Shown piece after piece: positions 55,821-64,000 of a stretch of 64,000 bases of DNA. Location: the NCBI RefSeq assembly GCF_016026235.1, contig NZ_CP065613.1. One strand, written 5' to 3'. The stretch is from Escherichia coli. Its GTDB lineage: Bacteria > Pseudomonadota > Gammaproteobacteria > Enterobacterales > Enterobacteriaceae. Both the position numbers and the translations under genes were made by a program. The notes under the pieces were generated by a model. The model was not told the DNA's origin, did not search any database, and worked only from the letters and a program-made list of their open reading frames with translations. How positions within the stretch are numbered: the stretch's first letter is position 1; the number at the start of each line of letters is the position of its first letter.

Positions 55821-56963
55821 TTATTCAAACCAATTATGAATAACCTCTTCGAATCTTTGAGTTACGCCATCCCAACTGTAGTGATTAAACACAAAGTCCT
55901 GACCTTGCTTTGCAACTGCTGTTAATTCAGGATTCGCTAACGTTTTTAAAATATCGCTGCTTATGGAGTCTGCAGTCATAGGTTCTTTTAAATGGAATCC
56001 CGTAGTATTTTCTTTGACAAATTCCGTCATCCCCCCACGCGTACTCACTAAAACAGGCTTACCAGCACCCATAGCTTCAATTGCCACCATGCAAAATGGT
56101 TCCTGGAACTGGGAAGGAATGACGACTAAATCTGCCAGTGGGTAATAACAATGCATCTTTTCAGGCGGTATGCTTCCTAACATAATGCAACGATCCTTCA
56201 AACGTTTTGCAATTTCCCTGACATTGCGTTGATATGCACCTTTGTCACTTTTACTCATTTCTGTATAATCACCAATCACAACTAATTTTAAATTTTTGTG
56301 AGCAGCGGCCAATTTTTCGAATGATTGCATCAACAGCAATATGCCTTTGTCAGGGACGATACGCCCAGCATAAAAAATAATTTTCTCTTCAGGGGAGATA
56401 TTAAGTTCGCTTCTAGTGATCGGCTGAAAATTAGATTGATAGGTTTCTAAATCAATTCCATTTGGTACAATCTCAATATCTGCATTTGCTAAATAAGATT
56501 GGTAATACTTTTTCAAGTATAAACTAGGCACTATCATTTTAACATTTTGCTCAAGCAATTTTGGTTCAAATGCATTATGCATATGTATAACCACTCTTGC
56601 CTGAGGAGCTCGCTTACGAATTTGAGTGTATAGCTTCATGCTATTATGAACTACAATAACACTTTCTTTCGTTATAGGAAAATCATGTGCAATATTCAAT
56701 ATTCTCTGTGAATATGGAAGAGGATCAAGTCTTGTCCATTTTTGAAATAACCGCTTATATATGCGACTGAATCCAACCCTATGAATACTACAATTATCAT
56801 TAACAAAGGTGTAATTTGAGTATCCTGGATTTTTGATACAAACAATACGATTTGGAAAATTGGTACGCTGAGCAACCTGATACATCCACGTTTCAACAGC
56901 AGCCGCTCCGCGAGGAGGAATTGAAAAAATAGGAGTAACCGTAAATATTATTTTATCAACCAT
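55821..56963 (-). CDS. waaD: GT4-family LPS outer-core glycosyltransferase (WaaD/WaaK-like)
   Basis: 380-aa ORF with a GT4 C-terminal motif (…FQEPFCMVAIEAMGAGKPVLVSTRGGMTEFV); the symbol is inferred from R3-type gene order only. Confidence 0.6.
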   Translation of the reverse strand: MVDKIIFTVTPIFSIPPRGAAAVETWMYQVAQRTNFPNRIVCIKNPGYSNYTFVNDNCSIHRVGFSRIYKRLFQKWTRLDPLPYSQRILNIAHDFPITKESVIVVHNSMKLYTQIRKRAPQARVVIHMHNAFEPKLLEQNVKMIVPSLYLKKYYQSYLANADIEIVPNGIDLETYQSNFQPITRSELNISPEEKIIFYAGRIVPDKGILLLMQSFEKLAAAHKNLKLVVIGDYTEMSKSDKGAYQRNVREIAKRLKDRCIMLGSIPPEKMHCYYPLADLVVIPSQFQEPFCMVAIEAMGAGKPVLVSTRGGMTEFVKENTTGFHLKEPMTADSISSDILKTLANPELTAVAKQGQDFVFNHYSWDGVTQRFEEVIHNWFE

Positions 56964-56971
56964 CTCGTATA

Positions 56972-57985
56972 TTAACCTTTCATAACATTATATTTAATTG
57001 CTGTAAAAACACCATCGAGAAATTTTTTCTGGTAAAGCAAGTGTTTATATTTTTCTTTGTACTCATGTTTTTTAACAGCTTTTTTATAAGGTATATTTCT
57101 CCATGGTGATATATTATAAATATTACGAAAATAATCTGCAGAGGCGTAGTTCGCCCAATCATGCCATGGCTTAGTTATACCAGTATAATGTATGAAGACA
57201 GTGTCATCATTAATAAACCGGGTGTAATATTCACTATTTTTTTCTTCAAATTCTGACTTTATAGTATAAATACAATTATATTTTCTCGGTAATATTTTAG
57301 CATGATGTAGAAACATTAAGTTTAAAATATCTTGATCCGGGTACTTTAATTTTTTTATAATTGACTCATCTGATAATAGATCAAAGAATTTTTCCGTTAG
57401 TCTTTGTTTTAACCATTCCCGTAAATTAATATACATTACACCAGAGTTAAAATAGCTACCGTTAAAATCCTCATTACACAAACGCTCAGCGCTTTTACTT
57501 TGCATAGCATCTACATCAATTACCACTGCCCCATATTCATCTTTAAACTCTAATGCTATTAACTCGTTCAATGAACCCTTACAGACGATATCAGCATCAA
57601 GATATAATAATGAATCCAATCGCGCAGAAAAATAATCAAATGAAAGCAAACGATAATAAATAGATACTGGCCAGATATTTGATTGAGGTAGCGCCTTCAA
57701 TGGCTCAGAATCAATATGATATAATTTAATTACTGTTTGATACTTCGTTGCTAATTGTGATAATAATTCAATATACTCTTTGTCTAAGTAATCAGCGATT
57801 ATGTGAAAGGTAAATTTGTTTTGTTTATTATTTTCAAGAATTGAAGCAATTGAAATCGCAGCCCCAACCTGGTAGTTCTCATCAATACCCCATGAGACAT
57901 TAAACGTTTCCCGTTCATCAAGTTTAACGGGGCGCTTGTCCAGTTCAATTATATCTTTAAATTGAGTAAGATGTTTAAAATCCAA
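56972..57985 (-). CDS. waaJ: GT8-family LPS outer-core glycosyltransferase (WaaJ-like)
   Basis: 337-aa ORF of the GT8 family (DxD-containing), paralogous to 58743..59750; symbol by gene order. Confidence 0.6.
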   Translation of the reverse strand: MDFKHLTQFKDIIELDKRPVKLDERETFNVSWGIDENYQVGAAISIASILENNKQNKFTFHIIADYLDKEYIELLSQLATKYQTVIKLYHIDSEPLKALPQSNIWPVSIYYRLLSFDYFSARLDSLLYLDADIVCKGSLNELIALEFKDEYGAVVIDVDAMQSKSAERLCNEDFNGSYFNSGVMYINLREWLKQRLTEKFFDLLSDESIIKKLKYPDQDILNLMFLHHAKILPRKYNCIYTIKSEFEEKNSEYYTRFINDDTVFIHYTGITKPWHDWANYASADYFRNIYNISPWRNIPYKKAVKKHEYKEKYKHLLYQKKFLDGVFTAIKYNVMKG

Positions 57986-58009
57986 TTTAATTACCCTTCA
58001 TCATAATCA

Positions 58010-58717
58010 TTATTTGCTCTTCAATCCTAGTTTGACTTTTACATCCCTGATTACTTTTTTAATTTTCTTTTTGAATATAAGATATGTATAGCCAAAGTCT
58101 TTCAATTCATTTTTTATATTATAGTGCCGTTCAAGATCAATGCGATCTTTTGCTTTTAAAACAGCGGTTGTTTTTTTACCTGAAAGGTCAATTAGTCTTA
58201 AACCTTTTTCGGATACTATAAAATTTCCTTTATGAGGATCGCCAGACACCATTCCATGCTGATGCAACTCTTTTATCGATTCTGATAATTGATCCTTCAG
58301 ATCTTCAGAAATTTCCAAATACTCATTTAACCCGACACCTTCAATATACTCAATGAGCATAATATAATAATGAGCGAAATTTAATGTTTTACGTTCAGCT
58401 AGCAAAAAATAGTCATTAATTGATTGGATGCCTTCACCACGTACCCGATCGGTTTGATAAATTAAATTTTCATAATAATCTTTTTTTATGCAAGATTTTA
58501 AGAAACGTTCGGTCATTTTATGCTTTGGCGCATAAACTTTAAGTACAAGAGGTCCACGAGCAGTGTCAATAAGAATGACTTTAGTATCATCAATAGAACG
58601 AAAAACTTTTAATGTTTTAACCCTGCAAGTTAAAAAGTCATTTAGAACTTGCTCATAAAAGGGATCATTATCTTTTATGAAAACTTTCAACCCATTTATC
58701 GTTTTATTATATATCAT
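58010..58717 (-). CDS. waaY: LPS core heptose(II) kinase
   Basis: 235-aa kinase-like ORF (…HQHGMVSGDPHKGNFIV…) between two GT8 genes. Confidence 0.75.
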   Translation of the reverse strand: MIYNKTINGLKVFIKDNDPFYEQVLNDFLTCRVKTLKVFRSIDDTKVILIDTARGPLVLKVYAPKHKMTERFLKSCIKKDYYENLIYQTDRVRGEGIQSINDYFLLAERKTLNFAHYYIMLIEYIEGVGLNEYLEISEDLKDQLSESIKELHQHGMVSGDPHKGNFIVSEKGLRLIDLSGKKTTAVLKAKDRIDLERHYNIKNELKDFGYTYLIFKKKIKKVIRDVKVKLGLKSK

Positions 58718-58742
58718 AATGAATTATTTTAACCTTAAATCT

Positions 58743-59750
58743 TTAGAAGCATTTTTCTTTATAATACTTTAAATAATTAAAAATGCCTGCCATATAATGC
58801 TTTTGTTTAAATTTATGTTTTGCACAATACCGATACTGATTGCTATTTACAGGTTTAAGTAAATCTTCTTTACTCCACGGAGAAGCTGCTTTGGCGATCA
58901 AAAAACTACGTGACACCGGATAGTCAGCCCACTCATGCCAGGGTTTTGTAGGTCCCACATAGTGTATAAACACGGTGTCATCATTGACTGGATTATCAAC
59001 TTTGTCTTTTAATTCATAGTTAATACTATATCGGGTATTATATTTCTCCGAAATAAACTTCACTTTACCATTCAATAATACATTCAGTACATCTTGATCA
59101 AGGTGGGTGATTTTACTTACCCAATCTGGGTCACGCAACATTTCAATAGCTTTTGACGAAATATTATTTAGATTCCACTCATCAATATTTATCAGTAAAA
59201 AACCAGCATTGAAATATCCAGAAGCTAACTGTGGTGTAGTTAATACCGAGGCTCGATTTTGCCACCATTCAACATCTCTTTCAGCTACAACTGCGGCAAT
59301 TTCATTAGTAGAAAATTGATAATCTAAGAGTTCTTTAATACTACCCTTGCAAGCAATATCTGCATCAAGATATAGTATTTTTTCATGTTTATGATAGAAA
59401 TAATCTGCAATTATAAATCGAAAATATGTTGCGTAAGTCCAGTTTTTCGTGCTTGGTAATGACTTCAGCTTATCACAATTGATAACATAAATATTAATTC
59501 TTGAATTATATTGTTTTGCCAAATCAGAAAAATATAATTTGTCTTTATCACTGATATAATCTGTGAAAACATGAAATTCACAAGAGATTTCTCTATTGTT
59601 TAATAGAATAGATGCGATGGCTACACCACATCCAAAAAGAAAATTTCTGTCAATACCAAATGCTATATCAAGAGTATTTTTAGATCTTATATTTTGATAA
59701 TGAAAATTATACTCAAAAAGGATGATGTCACTATCATTGAGTTGAGACAT
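58743..59750 (-). CDS. waaI: GT8-family LPS outer-core glycosyltransferase (WaaI/WaaO-like)
   Basis: 335-aa ORF of the GT8 family; symbol by R3-type gene order. Confidence 0.6.
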   Translation of the reverse strand: MSQLNDSDIILFEYNFHYQNIRSKNTLDIAFGIDRNFLFGCGVAIASILLNNREISCEFHVFTDYISDKDKLYFSDLAKQYNSRINIYVINCDKLKSLPSTKNWTYATYFRFIIADYFYHKHEKILYLDADIACKGSIKELLDYQFSTNEIAAVVAERDVEWWQNRASVLTTPQLASGYFNAGFLLINIDEWNLNNISSKAIEMLRDPDWVSKITHLDQDVLNVLLNGKVKFISEKYNTRYSINYELKDKVDNPVNDDTVFIHYVGPTKPWHEWADYPVSRSFLIAKAASPWSKEDLLKPVNSNQYRYCAKHKFKQKHYMAGIFNYLKYYKEKCF

Positions 59751-59792
59751 ATTTATTCTGTATCCAAAATTTTGGCAAAAATAAGTTACGGG

Positions 59793-60599
59793 TTACAACG
59801 ATTTTCGAATCGTTCTTTCCCTGATTTTTGTGGCTTTTGCTTCTGCTTGCGACAGCAGTCCTTGTTCCTGCTTGAGAATGTCTTTAAGCGGGGCGGCAAA
59901 ATACACCTTCATAAAGCGCCAGATATCCCGCTGAGTCAGGCCAATATTCATTGAAGAAAAATAAAGCCCTATAAGATCTTTATCGCGCCAACGACGTGGA
60001 ACGCGCGTGCGAAGCTGCGCCCGGTGTAGGTCAATTACCGAAATTTTTAACTCCTCTTCCTTACCGGAAAAAGGCAAGTGCAGCAGGAAATGACAGATAT
60101 AACAGTCACGATGGTTAATGCCCGCAGCATGCATATCGCGCACCATCGTCGCGACACGCTTAATAAGCATACGCTTTACGCGAACATCTGGTGGGTTGGT
60201 CGCCCAGTCAGCACAGTAATCTTCCAGACTGATGGTTGGTGTCAGATCTTCGGTAATAATAAACGAGGTTCTGGTCAGCGGATTCATGCCTTTTTCGCCG
60301 AATGCCACCCCATACATAGTATCAACGCCGACATCCCGCAGTCGATGAATCGCATTCCATTCGCGGTCTGCGCCTAATACTGGCATCCGCAATGAGAGTA
60401 AATTTTTGATTATCTCTTTCAGGGTCGTGCCGCGATGCCATTTGAGAAAATAGCTTTTGCCCGCCATTTCAAAGCGCAGAGTACGGCGAGTTTCCAGTTC
60501 ACGAAATACCTCACCCTGCAAGGTTTTAACTTCCTCAAAAGGATCTTTGCCGCGCCATAACGTGGCAAACGGCTCTTTAAGTTCAACCATCCAGACCAC
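59793..60599 (-). CDS. waaP: LPS core heptose(I) kinase
   Basis: 268-aa ORF starting [33 protein letters not shown]…, matching WaaP. Confidence 0.9.
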   Translation of the reverse strand: MVWMVELKEPFATLWRGKDPFEEVKTLQGEVFRELETRRTLRFEMAGKSYFLKWHRGTTLKEIIKNLLSLRMPVLGADREWNAIHRLRDVGVDTMYGVAFGEKGMNPLTRTSFIITEDLTPTISLEDYCADWATNPPDVRVKRMLIKRVATMVRDMHAAGINHRDCYICHFLLHLPFSGKEEELKISVIDLHRAQLRTRVPRRWRDKDLIGLYFSSMNIGLTQRDIWRFMKVYFAAPLKDILKQEQGLLSQAEAKATKIRERTIRKSL

Positions 60600-61707
60600 C
60601 CGTTATGATATCCGCCGCTTTCTCTGGCAGACTGTATAAATCTTGTGTATCAGCATAATGTCGCGCATTTTCCGCCCAAGCCTGGCGCAATGAAGATTGC
60701 GTTAACGCTTTGCGTAAAATCTCATTCAATGTTTCCTGGCGGAATGGCTCAGCAATAGCCTCGCCGCAATTAGCGTCGACAATATAATGCGCATAGCCAC
60801 AAACGGCAGTTGTTAGTACCGGTAATCCTGCAGTAATCGCTTCCAGCAGCACAATTCCCGCCGCTTCCTGGTAGGCAGGATGCAGTAATAAATCCGCCGC
60901 CGCCATTAATTCCGAGACATCGTTGCGCCCCGAGAAGAAGTGAACATTACTGCGCACGCCGCGTTTTTCTGCCAGTGCCTCAAATTTTCGCGGTTTATCC
61001 TGCCCAACAACATATAGCAATGTGTTGTGGCGCAGCGAATCCGGTAACGAAGCAAGTGCTTCAATGGAACGATCGACACCTTTACGCGTGAAGTCTGAAC
61101 CGACCTGCAACAATAAATATTGTTGTTCGGTTATTCCATTCTTCTTACGGAAGATTTCACGGCTATTGGCTGGCTGCTGGCTATATTTACGATCAGGATA
61201 AATCCCCGGTGGCAGAATATGAAAACGCTCCGCTTCAGTCTGATAATGTTTCTGGAAATCGGCGATTTGCTTATCTGTCAGCATCAGCAGCTGTGTCGGC
61301 TTGCCCTGTTCGAAGGTTGCCCGCTCAAAGGCGGCATAATGGCGATAACGTGACGTCAGGCGATAGAAAAAGCCTTTTTCCTGCGCTACTTTCTCGGCAT
61401 AACAAACATCAGCGGCATAATAAACGTCCAGCCCCGGCATTTTGTTGAATCCAACGACTTTATCGACGGGATGTTCGCGTAAATGTTTTTGCACCCAGGC
61501 AAAATACTCCGCATTGCGCCCGTGATTGGTATGCGATTTAACCGGCACTTTGATCAGTTCAAATACATCAGGGCATTCGCCTTCCCACGACTGGGTATAA
61601 ACCCGAACATGATGACCTCGGGCGGCGACTGTCTGAGCAATACGCATAAAATCGCGCTGCAAACCGCCAAAGGGAAAATATTTATATAAACAAAAAGCAA
61701 CGATCAT
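60583..61707 (-). CDS. waaG: LPS core glucosyltransferase I
   Basis: 374-aa GT4 ORF starting [24 protein letters not shown]…, matching WaaG. Confidence 0.9.
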   Translation of the reverse strand: MIVAFCLYKYFPFGGLQRDFMRIAQTVAARGHHVRVYTQSWEGECPDVFELIKVPVKSHTNHGRNAEYFAWVQKHLREHPVDKVVGFNKMPGLDVYYAADVCYAEKVAQEKGFFYRLTSRYRHYAAFERATFEQGKPTQLLMLTDKQIADFQKHYQTEAERFHILPPGIYPDRKYSQQPANSREIFRKKNGITEQQYLLLQVGSDFTRKGVDRSIEALASLPDSLRHNTLLYVVGQDKPRKFEALAEKRGVRSNVHFFSGRNDVSELMAAADLLLHPAYQEAAGIVLLEAITAGLPVLTTAVCGYAHYIVDANCGEAIAEPFRQETLNEILRKALTQSSLRQAWAENARHYADTQDLYSLPEKAADIITGGLDG

Positions 61708-62762
61708 AACGACGTACCTGTCGTGGAGGAGGGCAGTAATTTATCGACAGCAGCAATGACATCTGCCGCCGGAATAACCGAAAGATACATCTCATTTCGG
61801 TCACGCTGATCGCGCGTTGGCATTTCCCGGTAATCTCCCGCCCAGAATTGAATCATGTTATTTGACCAGGGACGCCAGAAAATATGGTCTGTCGCACCAA
61901 ACAGCGATATCAGCGGCGTATTAACTGCAGCGGCAATATGCGCCGGTGCGGAATCAACGCCAATAAACAGCTGCGCATGATCGATTAACGCACCAAGTTC
62001 CGGGAAGGTCACCTTTCCAGCCAGCGCCGTTACTGGTAGCGTCTGGCATCCCTGCGCAATTTCATTGACGCAGGCCAGATCGTCTTTATCTGGGCCGGAC
62101 GTCAGAACAACTTCATAACCACGAGCATGTAAGGCATCAATCACAGCGGAAAACTTGGCGTTGTCCCAGCATTTGAAGATTTGCCGCGCCGTAGGTTGGA
62201 TAACCACATAATTTTGTCCAACACCAGCGTGATCAAGTTCGCAACGCATACGTTTCCAGCTTGCAGGCGGGTAACTCATGGTTGTCTGCTTCACCAACGA
62301 ATCAACTCCCAATGGGGTCAGCACGGATAAGTTACTTTCCACCACATTTCCACCCTGCAACGGCACCAAATGGGTGAAACTTTTACGCCAAAAAGCAGAC
62401 TGCCGATGATGATAATCCTGGGAAATTTTCACACGGGCATTTAATAAGCGAACCAGTATAGCAACCATCCATTGATCGGTGAGATTGACGATAAGGTCAT
62501 ACTTATTGGCACGTAATACCTTGATGAGATGAAAAAAGTTGGCAATTTTTTCTGAGGCTTTTGCTTTTTTATTTTTTATGCCGTAGAGCGCGTTAATCTC
62601 TGGATTTTCAGACAGGATCGGGATGGTGTCCTGATAAAGCAGCACATCGATTTTTGCGTCAGGGTAATTTTTTTTCAGCGAACTAATGACGGGAGTAGTT
62701 AATAACATATCCCCATGAAAACGCATCTTAATGAGCAAAATTCTTCGAAATGGCTTATCCAC
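61704..62762 (-). CDS. waaQ: LPS heptosyltransferase III
   Basis: 352-aa GT9 ORF; first gene of the divergent waaQ operon. Confidence 0.85.
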   Translation of the reverse strand: MDKPFRRILLIKMRFHGDMLLTTPVISSLKKNYPDAKIDVLLYQDTIPILSENPEINALYGIKNKKAKASEKIANFFHLIKVLRANKYDLIVNLTDQWMVAILVRLLNARVKISQDYHHRQSAFWRKSFTHLVPLQGGNVVESNLSVLTPLGVDSLVKQTTMSYPPASWKRMRCELDHAGVGQNYVVIQPTARQIFKCWDNAKFSAVIDALHARGYEVVLTSGPDKDDLACVNEIAQGCQTLPVTALAGKVTFPELGALIDHAQLFIGVDSAPAHIAAAVNTPLISLFGATDHIFWRPWSNNMIQFWAGDYREMPTRDQRDRNEMYLSVIPAADVIAAVDKLLPSSTTGTSL

Positions 62763-62811
62763 AAGTAACTCTTTTTGTTGAGATTATCCGATTAAGGTGA
62801 AGCAGAAAAAG

Positions 62812-62823
62812 CACGCTACCGCC
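62812..62823 (-). promoter_or_regulatory. ops element (RfaH recruitment site, part of JUMPStart) in the waaQ leader
   Basis: The plus strand reads CACGCTACCGCC, the reverse complement of the ops consensus GGCGGTAGCGTG, about 50 bp upstream of the waaQ start codon on the waaQ strand. Confidence 0.8.
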
Positions 62824-63173
62824 CCAGGCTCAACAGCTACCTGAATACTGATACCGCACTGATATTGACGCGCTAGTGTATCACTTCTTTCGCGGCAATC
62901 CGACCCGAATGATTTTTAAGCACATTGTTGATTTTCAATAAAGAAATCAATCAAATAAAATCATTAGCAACCATATTCTTTCACTGTTGCTCTGCGATTC
63001 CTTCCTGCACGTACAGCAGAAATCAATGAATCGCATAAAAATACAAAAAAAGTATAGATGTTCAGCAAGAATTGGCGGGTAAATTGCTATTTAAGTCAAA
63101 AACGGGAAAAGTAATGGTAAAGCCACAGCTAAATACATAGAATCCCCAGCACATCCATAAGTCAGCTATTTAC

Positions 63174-64000
63174 TATGCTCGAATTGCTTTACACCGCCCT
63201 TCTCTACCTTATTCAGCCGCTGATCTGGATACGGCTCTGGGTGCGCGGACGTAAGGCTCCGGCCTATCGAAAACGCTGGGGTGAACGTTACGGTTTTTAC
63301 CGCCATCCGCTAAAACCAGGCGGCATTATGCTGCACTCCGTCTCCGTCGGTGAAACTCTGGCGGCGATCCCGTTGGTGCGCGCGCTGCGTCATCGTTATC
63401 CTGATTTACCGATTACCGTAACAACCATGACGCCAACCGGTTCGGAGCGCGTACAATCGGCTTTCGGGAAGGATGTTCAGCACGTTTATCTGCCGTATGA
63501 TCTGCCCGATGCACTCAACCGTTTCCTGAATAAAGTCGACCCTAAACTGGTGTTGATTATGGAAACCGAACTATGGCCTAACCTGATTGCGGCGCTACAT
63601 AAACGTAAAATTCCGCTGGTGATCGCTAACGCGCGACTCTCTGCCCGCTCGGCCGCAGGTTATGCCAAACTGGGTAAATTCGTCCGTCGCTTGCTGCGTC
63701 GTATTACGCTGATTGCCGCCCAAAATGAAGAAGATGGTGCACGTTTTGTGGCGCTGGGCGCAAAAAATAACCAGGTAACCGTTACCGGTAGCCTGAAATT
63801 CGATATTTCTGTAACACCGCAGTTGGCTGCTAAAGCCGTGACGCTGCGCCGCCAGTGGGCACCACACCGCCCGGTATGGATTGCCACCAGCACTCACGAA
63901 GGTGAAGAGAGCGTGGTCATTGCCGCACATCAGGCTTTATTACAGCAATTCCCTAATTTATTGCTCATCCTGGTACCCCGTCATCCAGAACGCTTCCCGG
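63174..64000 (+). CDS. waaA: Kdo transferase (3-deoxy-D-manno-octulosonic acid transferase), 5' part; runs off the window
   Basis: Open frame from ATG 63174 reads MLELLYTALLYLIQPLIWIRLWVRGRKAPAYRKRWGERYGF…, matching the WaaA/KdtA N-terminus; no stop before the window end, so it is absent from the ORF track. Confidence 0.85.

Overview
This 64-kb window is a chromosomal segment of Escherichia coli, running malS–avtA–ysaA through the mannitol (mtlADR), L-lactate (lldPRD), selAB, cysE–gpsA–secB–grxC, gpmI–envC, tdh–kbl and LPS core (hldD–waaFCL … waaQ, start of waaA) loci. Gene names come from recognising protein N-termini and lengths and from recalled K-12 gene order; no database search was possible. 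The strain is not K-12-like in four places: (1) an AraC-regulator / GPH-symporter / GH127-like glycosidase locus sits between ysaA and yiaT, where I recall K-12 carrying yiaJ–sgbE; (2) yibF lies directly next to yibH, with no RhsA element between them; (3) an intact IS10-like insertion sequence with a target-site duplication sits downstream of yibL and upstream of a sadB-like lipoprotein gene and a 1698-aa trimeric autotransporter adhesin (EhaG/UpaG-like); (4) the outer-core waa genes follow the R3-type order (waaQ-G-P-I-Y-J-D). No rRNA, tRNA or CRISPR array was recognised. I found no proven new system. The best candidates for under-described biology are the AraC–GPH–GH127 locus, the duplicated yiaVW / yibHI modules, and a palindrome in the lldD–trmL spacer that matches the IS50 inside end.
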